From: Bdellovibrionales bacterium
GTDB taxonomy: Bacteria; Bdellovibrionota; Bdellovibrionia; Bdellovibrionales; Bdellovibrionaceae
Reading direction: 5' to 3'
Length of the DNA stretch: 64,000 nucleotides
NCBI GenBank assembly: GCA_031370005.1
Contig: JANMPT010000021.1
Location: 101,043 to 165,042 of the forward strand
This document shows, piece by piece, positions 9,402 to 20,500 of the stretch. Position 1 is the stretch's first letter. Every line of letters begins with the position of its first letter. Below the pieces are notes generated by a model that was not told the DNA's origin, made no database searches, and saw only the letters and a program-made list of their open reading frames with translations. Made by a program: the position numbers and the translations under genes.

Positions 9402-10668
9402 GTTTTTTTATATTTTTTTTCTTTATCCATTCGCCTATATAATTCTGCAGGCACTTCAAGTCTTCATGGGTAAAAAAAACAAGCAGTTAGTGACATATAA
9501 AAATAATAACTTTTTCGAAGTAAGAAATCAAAGCTCTCAGTGGATTAGTTTGAAACGCCCCTTTTGGATTCATGCTGCCAGTGGCGAGGTCGAGTACGCT
9601 AGACCCATCATTCGTGAACTAAAAAATACTTATCCAGAGATTCCCATCATAGTTACTTTCTCATCTCCTTCAGCAAAAAAAATTATCATGGGAATTGCCG
9701 ATATCGAGGCCTGGGGAATTCTTCCCTGGGACTTTGAAGAGTCTTGCCTTTCATTTTTAGAAAAATGGCAACCTCGCTGTTGCTTAATTGCCCGCACTGA
9801 TGTGTGGCCTGTAATGGCCTCCTGCTGTCATAAAAAGCAAATCCCGAGCCTTTTGTTTTCAGCCACTTTTGCAACAAATAGCTCTCGACTGAAGGGCCTT
9901 TCTGCAAAGGTTACTCGCTGGGCCCTAAACAATCTTTCTGAAATTCACTGCGTTTCTACTGAGGACGCCATTCAATTGGAGCAGCTCAAGTTACAAGTAC
10001 CCGTTCATGTTCATGGTGATAGCCGTTTTGATCAGGTCTTTTATCGCTTGCAGCACCCCAAATGTATTAAGAAAGAGCTTCGCCCCAGTCAAAATGATAA
10101 AATTTTAGTGGCAGGATCAACATGGCCTGAAGACGAAAAAGTACTTCTACCTGCCTATTCCAATATGAAAAATAATTGCAAACTGATCTTAGCTCCCCAT
10201 GAAATTCACGAATCCCATATGAAGCTCTTGGAAAATCAGTTAAAAATTTTAGACCTTAGTTTCTGTAAATACTCCGCAGCAACTTCTTGGACAACCGAAA
10301 ATGTTTTGATTATTGATCAGATCGGCATTCTTGCAGAGCTTTACACCTGGGGAACTTTCGCTTTTGTGGGTGGCTCTTTCCGTAAACAAGTCCACAGCGT
10401 TATGGAACCGCTTGCGGCAGGTCTTCCGGTCCTAGTGGGACCTTATCATCATAATAACCGCGAGGCCCTATTGTTTAAGGAAAAATCTGTCAATGGCCAA
10501 AGAGTGGTGACTGAAGTCATCGACGAAGAGGGCCTGGCCGCGCAACTTGCAATTTTTCTCAAGAAGCTAGCTCCTTCATTTTCTAAATCGCTTGTTTACG
10601 AACTTGAACAACATCTCCGCTCCAGCCACAGCGTACTAGAGTGGTGTACACGGAAAATTGATGAGTAA
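9394..10668 (+). CDS. waaA: 3-deoxy-D-manno-octulosonic acid (Kdo) transferase
   Basis: WIHAASGEVE, GDSRFD, AGSTWPEDE, ILAPHE and FVGGSF..HSVMEP motifs. Confidence 0.92.
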   Translation: MIKFFYIFFLYPFAYIILQALQVFMGKKNKQLVTYKNNNFFEVRNQSSQWISLKRPFWIHAASGEVEYARPIIRELKNTYPEIPIIVTFSSPSAKKIIMGIADIEAWGILPWDFEESCLSFLEKWQPRCCLIARTDVWPVMASCCHKKQIPSLLFSATFATNSSRLKGLSAKVTRWALNNLSEIHCVSTEDAIQLEQLKLQVPVHVHGDSRFDQVFYRLQHPKCIKKELRPSQNDKILVAGSTWPEDEKVLLPAYSNMKNNCKLILAPHEIHESHMKLLENQLKILDLSFCKYSAATSWTTENVLIIDQIGILAELYTWGTFAFVGGSFRKQVHSVMEPLAAGLPVLVGPYHHNNREALLFKEKSVNGQRVVTEVIDEEGLAAQLAIFLKKLAPSFSKSLVYELEQHLRSSHSVLEWCTRKIDE

Positions 10669-12154
10669 AACATCCAAGGAGCAAATTATAGCTGAACTGG
10701 ATGTTTTGACTAAACAAGGTCAAAAGCAGCATGTGCTTAAAGAACTCATAAAAATATTAAAGAACTCACCCCCAAAGCCCTTACTCCCTCAATTGGCTCG
10801 ATTGGCTAATCGTAACCATGCCTATGTGTTGGCACTTAGAATCCTGCATCCCCTGATTCGCGACGATCGAGAACAAATATCTGAAGCTAGCCCAGAGGTC
10901 TTGAATATTTATGCCACCTCTTTGATGTGGATAGGTGCACTTGAGGAATCCCATCAGTGTCTGCAAAGAATAAAATTATCCACGGAAGCACTGCTAACAG
11001 GCGCCTTTATTCATTTTGCACGATGGAACTATCATAATGCTATTCCGCTCCTAATAAAATATGTCAATTCGTCTCAAATCGACAATTATCAAAAGCTTGT
11101 GGGACAAATTAATTTGCTTGCCGCCTTCGTCGCAACTGGAAATCTAAAGCAAGCAAGGTCTATTTTAGAAACACTATTGAGTGTCTTCAGTGAAAACCCA
11201 AGTTACAAACTTCTGCTGGGTAATTGTCTGGAATTAAGAGCTCAAATTGAAATTCTCGAAAATTCCTACGACAAAGCACTCCTTTCTTTAACTGAAGCCG
11301 AAAGATCATTGGCAGACCAACCAGGGCGCTATCTCCTGTATGTCAACAAATGGCGCTCAATTGCACAACTTGGATTGTCACCACAAGATTCTGAGGCACA
11401 TAGTGCCTTAGCACAAGTTAAACAAGACGCTTTAAAACTGAGAAATTGGGAAACTCTCAGAGATTGCGATTTTCACCTGGCTAGACTGACACAAAATAAC
11501 ACGCTTTTGCAGCGGATTCTTTTAGGCACACCCTACCAGGGATATCATGACCGGATTCAATCCACTTTTGGAATCACGGTGACTGAGTCCCGAAACTTGG
11601 AATACTGTCCTGGTGATGTGCTTGCAAAGCCACGCCTAATCGGCTTGGATCTTGACAGTATTTCTGAAAACTCTTTATTGAATTCAACTTCTTGGCCATT
11701 ACTTCAGCTAATAACACGAGATATCTACCGGCCACCACGCATGGGAGTAGTTTTTTCAGAACTATATAAAAATGAGTATTTCAACCCTTTTACCTCACCC
11801 CAAAGAGTTCGAAATAGTGTTTTCCGATTTAATGAGTGGGCTAAAGACCATACAAATAGCTTTCACATCAAGATCAGCCAAGGTGACTTCCTTCTAATGG
11901 CCCCTATAGGCCTTAGCGTTTCATCCACACGACGTGAGCGCCCATTAGACAGTTGGCAAGCCGCACTCAAGTTTTTTAAGTTACAAAATAACTCGCGAAG
12001 CTTTACCAGTTCTGACTTGGCAAAAGTGCTGGGAATAACTCAACGAAGCGCTTTGAACATTCTCAAAAAAGCGTTGGCCTCACGAAAAGTACAAAAAATT
12101 AATCGCGGTAAAAATTGCCGCTATATTTTCTTTTCTGGAAGACGAACTGGCTAG
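10661..12154 (+). CDS. TPR-like protein with C-terminal winged helix-turn-helix
   Basis: Helical repeats. C-terminus FTSSDLAKVLGITQRSALNILKKAL..KVQKINRGKNCRY is a wHTH pattern. Confidence 0.7.
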   Translation: MSKTSKEQIIAELDVLTKQGQKQHVLKELIKILKNSPPKPLLPQLARLANRNHAYVLALRILHPLIRDDREQISEASPEVLNIYATSLMWIGALEESHQCLQRIKLSTEALLTGAFIHFARWNYHNAIPLLIKYVNSSQIDNYQKLVGQINLLAAFVATGNLKQARSILETLLSVFSENPSYKLLLGNCLELRAQIEILENSYDKALLSLTEAERSLADQPGRYLLYVNKWRSIAQLGLSPQDSEAHSALAQVKQDALKLRNWETLRDCDFHLARLTQNNTLLQRILLGTPYQGYHDRIQSTFGITVTESRNLEYCPGDVLAKPRLIGLDLDSISENSLLNSTSWPLLQLITRDIYRPPRMGVVFSELYKNEYFNPFTSPQRVRNSVFRFNEWAKDHTNSFHIKISQGDFLLMAPIGLSVSSTRRERPLDSWQAALKFFKLQNNSRSFTSSDLAKVLGITQRSALNILKKALASRKVQKINRGKNCRYIFFSGRRTG

Positions 12155-12155
12155 C

Positions 12156-14282
12156 TTATTTCAGATCAAATGAAAAGATTCTAAAAATACCATCTGATGC
12201 TGGTCCAGCCAGAATCACTCGATTCTTATCTGCTGATACATCAATTTTCCATGGCCCCTTATCAGTGGGATTTAGTTTAAGTGGAGGGCGCCCATCAATG
12301 GGCACAAAGACTACTTCCTTTGACGGCTGGTTGTTGCCATCATTAAGTGCTAAACCGAAACCAATATTTGTTGATTTTAAATCAGGAACAGAAGAGTGCA
12401 CACTAGGAAATTCATTGATTCTCAAGCACTCGCTTTCACTTTTAACATAATAAAATCGATAAAGTTTCAATAGACTATCATAAGTAAAGAGATAAATCCT
12501 TTGATCAGGCAAGGCGCCGACAAATAGTTTTTTGCCAAGCACTCCTTCACATAATACCCTTGTAGACTTCGTAGTTAAGTTTATTTGGTATAGTGATGGG
12601 CTCTGGGGATCCCCACCGAAACCATATAGCCATTGATTGTCTATCAAGACAATTTTTGAAGGAAATTGCATTGCAGAAAAATTATTTGAAGCACTATCGT
12701 AACCAAGCCGCGGATCGATCGAAACACTTAAAAGATCCCCTGTCTCTGTATTATAAGCCATTGGATTTTTGGATGATGAAACTGCATCCCCAAGCAGGAT
12801 CCATTTACGGTCATCAGAAATCCAAAGCAAAAACTTATTCTTCGCAATCTGTTTAACACTTCCATCGGAAAGAGATACTAAAACGGTATCAATGGTATCA
12901 TCACATGTAGAAGAAATTAAAACAGACTGTTCCGAATTGAAAGTCTCTAAAGAAAATCTTAAGTCCGTGCAGGAAGATAAAATATCGATTGGAAGATCCG
13001 TCATCGACCTTGTCGCTACATCATAGATTTTAAATTTTTTAAAATCTCCATTATTCAGTGGACCAATTATTACTTTGTTTGAATTAGCTAAAGTTTTATA
13101 GACAACCCTGCTAAGGGAACTAAAAATATCAATTAAATTATTAGATTGAATATCAAAATCATGCAAAATCATTAATTGCGAAGAGATATTGGTTTCTTCA
13201 TAAATCAAATGCTGATTCTGTGTCACTTCGGGTCTGTCTAACATATAATTGGGCGAAGTCGCTCCAGCCTGAAGGTTGGTAAGTCTGGTCACACGGGCTT
13301 GTTTTGAATTAAAAACATACCATGAACTAAAGGTCTCCGAAAATGCGCGAGCACTAAACACTCTCAAATTTTTATCGGCAATAGGAAAGTTTTCAAGTGA
13401 TGAATAGTTATCACCAAGAATTGCCTTAGTAAAATCAGTGACTGAGTTATCCAAGCCAATTTTATAGGTATGTGTAACAAAAGGCGCCAAGTCAACTGGG
13501 AAGAAAATTTCTCCACTTCCAAAAATATCAAAAGTCGACGTAGATAAATCCGACAATTGGCGTAGTGACCAATTAGAGGTATCCAGCGATCCCCCAATTA
13601 CACACGTAAGATTGTGGGACTTCATACCTGACAAACTAGTAGATTCGATACGTCCTGCGAATTTTTTATGAAGCATTGCAGGCTTCGACAAATCCACCTT
13701 AAATTTAATTTTGTCAGAAACATATTCAACTTCATTTGGCGATAATATGCGCCCAGTTGGAAAATCACTTTCAATGCTTTGTGGAAAATACACACGAGTT
13801 CGAACTTCATTTGTGTCTCTATCATAATGCGACACAATTTCAAAACTAGGACTTTCAAAATCATCTCGGCATAGGACTTCTGCAAGATTGCTAGGGATGC
13901 CCTGCGGTTTTATTTCGTAGCGTTTAAAAAGTGCGTCATTGACAGAAATAAATTCATTTTGAAAAGGGGAAATATTGATATCTGAGACCGAGATAGGCGT
14001 ACTCTGCTTGGAACACTGAGTGCTTTTATTTTCATAAATATAAGCTTGGCCATTTTTAATTTCTGCAACTTGATCTGGAGCAGGACTTCCCTCGCAAGTG
14101 TAGTTTGGAATAAACCGATAGTAGGCGCCATCAATCTTTCCCTCATAACCGCCGCCATTTCCAGAATTTTTTGATGAAATATTGAATTGCTCTGGGATTG
14201 AATAATTCAAGCCACAACCCTGGTAACCCAACAGCATAAAAGCCAGAGCTAAAAAATGAAACAAACGTTTGAATCTTCTCAT
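12156..14282 (-). CDS. Hypothetical lipoprotein with probable beta-propeller region
   Basis: Lipobox-like LLGYQGC followed by GNGGGYEGK. C-terminal beta-rich repeats (WISDDRKWILL, VSADKNRVIL). Confidence 0.7.
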   Translation of the reverse strand: MRRFKRLFHFLALAFMLLGYQGCGLNYSIPEQFNISSKNSGNGGGYEGKIDGAYYRFIPNYTCEGSPAPDQVAEIKNGQAYIYENKSTQCSKQSTPISVSDINISPFQNEFISVNDALFKRYEIKPQGIPSNLAEVLCRDDFESPSFEIVSHYDRDTNEVRTRVYFPQSIESDFPTGRILSPNEVEYVSDKIKFKVDLSKPAMLHKKFAGRIESTSLSGMKSHNLTCVIGGSLDTSNWSLRQLSDLSTSTFDIFGSGEIFFPVDLAPFVTHTYKIGLDNSVTDFTKAILGDNYSSLENFPIADKNLRVFSARAFSETFSSWYVFNSKQARVTRLTNLQAGATSPNYMLDRPEVTQNQHLIYEETNISSQLMILHDFDIQSNNLIDIFSSLSRVVYKTLANSNKVIIGPLNNGDFKKFKIYDVATRSMTDLPIDILSSCTDLRFSLETFNSEQSVLISSTCDDTIDTVLVSLSDGSVKQIAKNKFLLWISDDRKWILLGDAVSSSKNPMAYNTETGDLLSVSIDPRLGYDSASNNFSAMQFPSKIVLIDNQWLYGFGGDPQSPSLYQINLTTKSTRVLCEGVLGKKLFVGALPDQRIYLFTYDSLLKLYRFYYVKSESECLRINEFPSVHSSVPDLKSTNIGFGLALNDGNNQPSKEVVFVPIDGRPPLKLNPTDKGPWKIDVSADKNRVILAGPASDGIFRIFSFDLK

Positions 14283-14499
14283 TTATTTTATGATATCCCC
14301 ATCTCTCAATTATACCTGGGTCTTATAGAATCGAGTTGTTTTCCTTTAAAATTAAAAAACAATGTCTTACTTTGAGATACTTAAGCTAAGCCATTGAAAT
14401 GACCTGAGGTCTAACCTGTTTCCAGAATTTTTTGAAATTTCATAAGCGGGCTCCATTGTTTTATTCTAAATGCATCAACAAAACTTCGAGGAGGAATAA

Positions 14500-15204
14500 A
14501 TGGAAAAACAAATTTTTAATGATCGAAATAAAAATAAGCAGCCAGAACAGAGTAAAATAGAAAAGGTCGATATCGCCTACTCATCGGAACCTTGGTGGTA
14601 TGATATACGAGGATTTTTAATCCTTACTTTCTCATATCGCAGCACCTTGCCAGCGCAAATCCATTTATTTGGTACAGGCATTGGCCCTAAGCATCTTGAG
14701 GCTGCAATCGGCACTGGCACTCTTTTTGATTTGATTTTAAAATGGCGCAAGTGGAAAAAACTTCCAACTATTGACGTGCTAGGATTTGACTATGCCGAGC
14801 GCATGCTAGCTGGGGCAAGAAAACGTTTTGCAAAAGAAAAACAGATCAAATTATTACGAGCAGATGCCGCTCACCTTGATCTGACAAATAACTCCTTCGA
14901 TACAGTCAATATAGCCAATGCCATTCATTGCCTACCAGAGGTTGAATCCAGCCTCAGCGAAATGTATCGAGTTCTAAAGCCAGGAGGACTTTTGCTTGGA
15001 AACTGTCTGCTAGAACCAAAAGCAAATAGCTTTTGGGACCGCCTTTCCCGCAAAATTAATAACTGGGGAATGAAAAAAGGGATTCTCTATCGTCCGTATA
15101 TGGAGGACGAAATTATCGAATTACTACTCAAGGTAGGTTTTGAAATAAAATTTCGGCAAGTCAGCGGCAACTGTTTTAATTTTATCATGCAGAAACCATT
15201 TTGA
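14500..15204 (+). CDS. Class I SAM-dependent methyltransferase
   Basis: LEAAIGTG, GFDYAERML, ADAAHL..SFD and EMYRVLKPGG motifs; GAGGAGG RBS. Confidence 0.9.
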   Translation: MEKQIFNDRNKNKQPEQSKIEKVDIAYSSEPWWYDIRGFLILTFSYRSTLPAQIHLFGTGIGPKHLEAAIGTGTLFDLILKWRKWKKLPTIDVLGFDYAERMLAGARKRFAKEKQIKLLRADAAHLDLTNNSFDTVNIANAIHCLPEVESSLSEMYRVLKPGGLLLGNCLLEPKANSFWDRLSRKINNWGMKKGILYRPYMEDEIIELLLKVGFEIKFRQVSGNCFNFIMQKPF

Positions 15205-15211
15205 AAATTAA

Positions 15212-15254
15212 GTCACGAATGAACTGAATCTAAATTGTTCAGCTCACTCGTGAC
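15212..15254. terminator. Imperfect hairpin between convergent genes (possible bidirectional terminator)
   Basis: GTCACGA..CTGAA / TTCAG..TCGTGAC inverted arms between the stops at 15204 and 15262. Confidence 0.45.
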
Positions 15255-15261
15255 GAGCATA

Positions 15262-15855
15262 TTATGCTTGCGGATGATAGTCTTTACTTGAAGGTTTTGA
15301 CGGTTTCACTTTTTCTTCTGAGCTCGTTGCTATATCTTTAGCTCCTCCGTCTTTTAATATCTCTTTGGCACTTTTCTGCAAATTAGAATCATCTACATGT
15401 ACCGACAAGAGCATGCCGCCGTCTTTCATAAAGTCTTCATAGCGTTTGGCCTCATACTCAGGAATGCCAAAGCCGACCAATGCGCCTGTAATACCTCCAA
15501 CAGTTCCACCGATTCCTGCGCCGGCAATTGCAGCAACGATAGGGCCTGCTGCCACAAAGGGGCCTAAACCTGGAATCGCTAGAGAACCAATTCCGACTAG
15601 CCAACCAAATATACCGCCAATGGCAAGTCCACTTGTAGCTCCTACTGTAGCTCCTTCGGGAGCTTTCGTCGACTTTTCATGAGCGAAGTTTCTTGTGCTT
15701 TCCGGAGTCGGCATTAGCACTGAGATATCGGTGCTATTAAACCCATTGGTCTTAAGGTTCTCAACCGTGGTTTCTAACGCCGATCTACTGTCAAAAATGC
15801 CAAATACCGCCTTGTGATTATGACCTTTTTCATGTTCATTTTTTTCAAATACCAT
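15262..15855 (-). CDS. General stress / DUF3341-like Gly-rich membrane protein
   Basis: AVFGIF..L..NGF..DISVL, AIPGLGPFVAAGP, GIPEYEAKRYE; GGAGG RBS. Confidence 0.85.
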   Translation of the reverse strand: MVFEKNEHEKGHNHKAVFGIFDSRSALETTVENLKTNGFNSTDISVLMPTPESTRNFAHEKSTKAPEGATVGATSGLAIGGIFGWLVGIGSLAIPGLGPFVAAGPIVAAIAGAGIGGTVGGITGALVGFGIPEYEAKRYEDFMKDGGMLLSVHVDDSNLQKSAKEILKDGGAKDIATSSEEKVKPSKPSSKDYHPQA

Positions 15856-15919
15856 AGAATCCTCCTTGTGATCATCGCCTCTAATGCAATGATGATTTAA
15901 TTTCTAATGCTTACATTAT

Positions 15920-16105
15920 TCAATGACGATCTTTTTTTCGATTTTTGTCTTTTTTTGATTTGTTCATTGTTGTTGCGAAAGAAATTTCTTTGGCATTATT
16001 TTCAGAGTTTCCCTGCTCTATCTCACTTTTTGCAGTATGTTTCTCCATTCTTTTTTCATTGTTTGGCTGCTGTTCTCTTTTAGATTGTGTCTGTCTCATA
16101 ACCAC
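15920..16105 (-). CDS. Small charged hypothetical protein
   Basis: AGGAGG RBS-like sequence at the start. Low-complexity charged 61-aa ORF upstream of the stress gene. Confidence 0.45.
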   Translation of the reverse strand: MVMRQTQSKREQQPNNEKRMEKHTAKSEIEQGNSENNAKEISFATTMNKSKKDKNRKKDRH

Positions 16106-16393
16106 CTCCTTGGCAGTGCAAATATAAGATCAGTAATACTAAAAAAATACACTTCAGTTTTGCGGAAAAAACTTGGAACTTTTCTTCTTATCTGACAATG
16201 ACAAATTACCCGCCTATTCGTCACTGTCTCAAAACAAGGCATAGCACACTCTAACTGTTTGCCTAATCACAGGTGTTAAGCCAAAAACGTCACAACCTCT
16301 TTAAATCAAGCATAAAGTTCTAGTCCCTTTGCCTACTTAAGCCATTTTTTCGTAGCACGATCTTTGAACTTACTTGCTTTTGAGAAAGGTAAT

Positions 16394-17509
16394 ATGAAAA
16401 AAATAAAATTTACGCCATTTTTATTTATATTGTTCCTGGGGCTTCTTCACCTTTGTTGTGCCTCCTTATCTTTTGCGGGGCCAACCGATGCTTCATGGAA
16501 AATGGGGCTTGCTGGTATCGATGCCCAAGACACACAAGCCTCAAGTAAATTTGTGGGTTTCATGTTTGACGCGAAAATGAAATACTGGCTTCACCCAGAA
16601 CTTTTTATGAATCTCGATCCTAATATTAAATTTGAAAATGGCAGCTTCCAATCAATTGACGGCGAACGTAAAAATGAAAGCGGCCTCTACCTGAAAGAAG
16701 CCGGAATACATTGGCTCTTTACAAAGAACTCCTTCCTTTCTGGCGGAGCCCTCCATCAGGGGACAAATCACTCAGAGCTTTTGATAGGCGATCAAGCCTT
16801 TCCCGCTGTACGCGGTGAGCTAGAAATTGCAAATACTGGCAATCTTAAAACTCTTCTAGATATTGAACAAGCCATCCCAACTTCAAGCTCCTTAAGTACT
16901 AACACCACTGGCGTTGAATCCACACCAAGATTCTTAAGTGCCTCCATGGCTGTTAATTTCGAAAATAATAATTACTTTTGGAAAACCCGACTCGGAGTCT
17001 TTAGCTATGACAATTTGCCAAGTGCCGTGGCATACCAAAGTGCACTTCGTGGCAATACTGTTTTGTCACTCACAGAAAATGAGTCTTTATTTGTTTATCA
17101 GTACCAAGGGGTCGAAGTCATGACTTCCTTGCGCTTACCAATAACGCACGGTTGGGACTTGATGAGCTCTGCTTCTTACTTGCAAAACAGCAAGGCAAGC
17201 AGTGATCTCAATCAAGCATATGCCATTAGCGCTGGTTCTGAATTCTTTCTTGTTGGAAGAAAAAGTATTGATGTCAAACTCACAAGCTTTCGAATTGAAC
17301 CTGATGCCGCAATTGCATACTTTAATACGGGAAAATACTTCAATACGAATCGTATTGGCTACAATATAGAATCATTTGTTTATTTAAATAAATATAAGTT
17401 CAAAATCGGCTTGGGCTATACTGAGGCGGAAGTTATTTATCTAAACCCAGCTCAAAGTCGCGAAAAAAGTCTAATGCTCATGCTGGAGACCTTTTATGCC
17501 AATATCTAA
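16394..17509 (+). CDS. Putative outer-membrane beta-barrel (porin-like) protein
   Basis: ATG at 16394 with AAAGG RBS; signal peptide; alternating amphipathic strands throughout. Confidence 0.7.
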   Translation: MKKIKFTPFLFILFLGLLHLCCASLSFAGPTDASWKMGLAGIDAQDTQASSKFVGFMFDAKMKYWLHPELFMNLDPNIKFENGSFQSIDGERKNESGLYLKEAGIHWLFTKNSFLSGGALHQGTNHSELLIGDQAFPAVRGELEIANTGNLKTLLDIEQAIPTSSSLSTNTTGVESTPRFLSASMAVNFENNNYFWKTRLGVFSYDNLPSAVAYQSALRGNTVLSLTENESLFVYQYQGVEVMTSLRLPITHGWDLMSSASYLQNSKASSDLNQAYAISAGSEFFLVGRKSIDVKLTSFRIEPDAAIAYFNTGKYFNTNRIGYNIESFVYLNKYKFKIGLGYTEAEVIYLNPAQSREKSLMLMLETFYANI

Positions 17510-20500
17510 GCAGCTATTACTCATGTTGTTATGCATAAATTTACTGGGACTCACAGCTTGCAATATCCCAAATCCCAAATCAAGGGAAACAGAGGGTCAT
17601 TCAGTGGCCACTTTCTTCGTCACCGAGGCAAAGGGTGATGCTCTGGCTGCAAAACTAAATAAAGACTATTCAATTCCTCAAAGTAAAACCTTCAACTTCA
17701 CAGCTTGCATAAAAGACCATGCACAATCAAAGCCTCTCATTGGCCATCCCTTCCGCATCGGGCCAATCAATAAAGAAGTTAAGAGCGATGAAAAAGGCTG
17801 CTTAAATTGGAGTGAAGAGGTTTCTTTTAATTTCTTTTCAGAGCCTAAATATTTGGATTGGAAACGTCAAATCACTGCCACTGGACTACACAAAGGAACT
17901 CGCATTGTTCGCTTTGCTATCAATCCCTGGAGTGACAATGATAAATCTCCGGCAGTTGTGAATCTTGAAACTGTGACTCCTCCACAGCTGGTCAGTGACT
18001 TTGAAAAAATTCAGGAAACATTGCAAGGCTCCTCAGCGGGTGCCCATGTATCCAAAAATTCGTTATGGGTAAATGATATGCGAATTCAGAGTAATGAGCA
18101 AAAATTTACTCAAAATGGAGTTGTCCTGAATCTTGAATTGATGGCTATTCCCCAATTGCAAGTCTCAACTATTAACGGTGAAAAAATACTCCGTCCACTC
18201 ACACAAGGACGCTTTAAAGCAAAAATATATCTGATTCACACACTGGTTGAGGACAACAAAGAAGTCCATCGTATCTTGTCTCAATCTATTCCACAAACAG
18301 CAGCAATACATGGTGGAAATTTGTTTATAAAATCACTTATAAAACTCACCTCCATTCCAACTCGTGGCCAATTGGTATTGGGCCTTGATATCTCCGCAGA
18401 GGATAACAATGCAAATATTGGAAACTTCCAAGGCATTTACATGATGGGTGATTATGATCAACTCAAAAGCTCTGGTTTCTTGAGATTGATGAGCGTTGTA
18501 ACAGAGAGCAATGAATTTAAAATATCAAACTTTATCAATTCAAAACTTGAAGACAAGCTTTCAGAGAACTCCCTAAACAAAGACGCGTACGTGAAACCAC
18601 GCATTGAAATAGCACCTTTAGAATTTAAATATATCCGCGTAGGAAAAGAAACCACCTCAGAAAGAGAAATTATTTATAACGTCAAAGCATGTATTAAAAA
18701 TGGTCTCGAGCAAAAAACTACTCGAGGTTATACTTTTAATGTACAGGGTTTTCGTCAAAACGTTCGTCAAAACGATAGTGACGCAATAAAAACAACAAAA
18801 ATTACCACAGATAACTCATCATGTATTAACTGGGATGAGGCAATGACATTTAAGTACTACGAATGTCAAAAGTATATCAAAGGCTTTATCGAAATCGAAA
18901 ACAAGGATCTTGCACTGAAACAAAAAATCGAAGTCGCCATCAATCCATGGGAATCTTGGGGGACTTTTGCCCGTGACCTCAGATATGTCGATAGCCAGGA
19001 ACGTCTTCTTACAGACTGTAAAAAGGAAAATGTCCTGCCTTCAACTGTCTCCCTGAAAAACCTGAGCTACTCGACTCTTTCCTATAATTATGAAATCGAT
19101 AATCTCTTAAACTTGACCTTTAAAAAGAAACTCCGTCTTAAGCTCGACGCTACCGTGAGCCTCTTTAGCGATATGGCCAGAGGGCGTATGCAGAGTGCCC
19201 AGAAGCTCCGTCCAGGGATTTATTTGCTTAAATTGGCATTAATTAAAAATCGCGACTACTACAATCAAAATTCCTATGTCAGCTCAGTAGAAAAACTCGT
19301 AGCCACCTTGGATGGGGACATCAAAACCGATGTCGAGTTTAAAACATCTGATTTAAAAGCCATTGGGGACCGCAATACCTTATTAGTTGAGCTAGATCCT
19401 GTTAATGAGGACAAAATAACTGTAGATAAAGATGGTAACGTTTCTGTCAAAGAAAAAGTGAGCTCCCTAGATGAGATCATCAATCACAACACAGGCTTAT
19501 ATAACCGAACCTTTAGTACAGCAATAAATTTGAATACAGATAGAGACACTCAAGAGCTTACAGCAATGGAGACCACAGAAGCCAATCAGTACTTAGTCAA
19601 CGCGAATTTGCCAAAACTTGATGAGGCCCGCAAGTCATTAATCCGTGAGTATATTAAATACGGTGAAAGACTTGCTTTTCAAAACTTTCAAGCTCAAAAA
19701 GCTCAAGCAGATATGAAACTTTTTGCAAAAAATAATTCATTAAAACAAATTTCAGCGAGCGAAAATAGCGACTCCGTGGATATGCGCACTATCTTAGCAA
19801 CGTCCCAGACTCATGTCAGCGAAACACAAATGAAAAAGAATCTAATGCAACTTTCAACAAGCGGTAAAATCAACACAGAATTAAGCGAAGATCTTTGTTC
19901 CTATTGGTTCGAAAGCCTTATAGCTAAGGATCTCTGGGGCTCTTATGGTAAATTTGCACTTCTGATTTGTAGCGTAAATGGAAAACATCCCGAGCTTCTT
20001 TTTAATATCGAAAAGCGTCTTTTTATAAAAGAACTTGAAAGCTATAACTATTTAAAGGGCTATAATTCGGTGATCTCTGTTGGTAATAATATCACTTTAA
20101 CAAAATCACTTGCTCATTCAAATTATGTTACAAAATCTTTAAGCTTCAGCATGGGGCTCTTAAAAAAATTCGCAGATGTCTTCTCCATTGGGGTTTCGGG
20201 CAGCTATACAATTTCCCAATCTGATTCGAAGGCCGAAACAAGCGCTAACAGTATCTCTGTGAGCATGAACACCTCATTGCTGATGCAACAAAATATCTAT
20301 CAATTAAAGCTCAGACGTTACCAAGAATGCAGTATTGTCAGGATAAAACCGAAGCTTTTCATAAAAGGCGGTTTTTTTGCATCCGCACTTAATTCAAGGC
20401 TTTCTGAAAACGAAAAAGCTGAAGTGGTTTCCCGTGGTCTTATGATTTGCACGGGTACAGATAATATGACTCCCCTGCTACGAAATGAAAATTATTATTT

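Noticed and set aside
14363..16240. Degenerate TGTCTCA-N3-TGAGACA-like motifs near 14363 and 16225
   Set aside because: Each has several mismatches and two instances are too few to support a regulatory motif.
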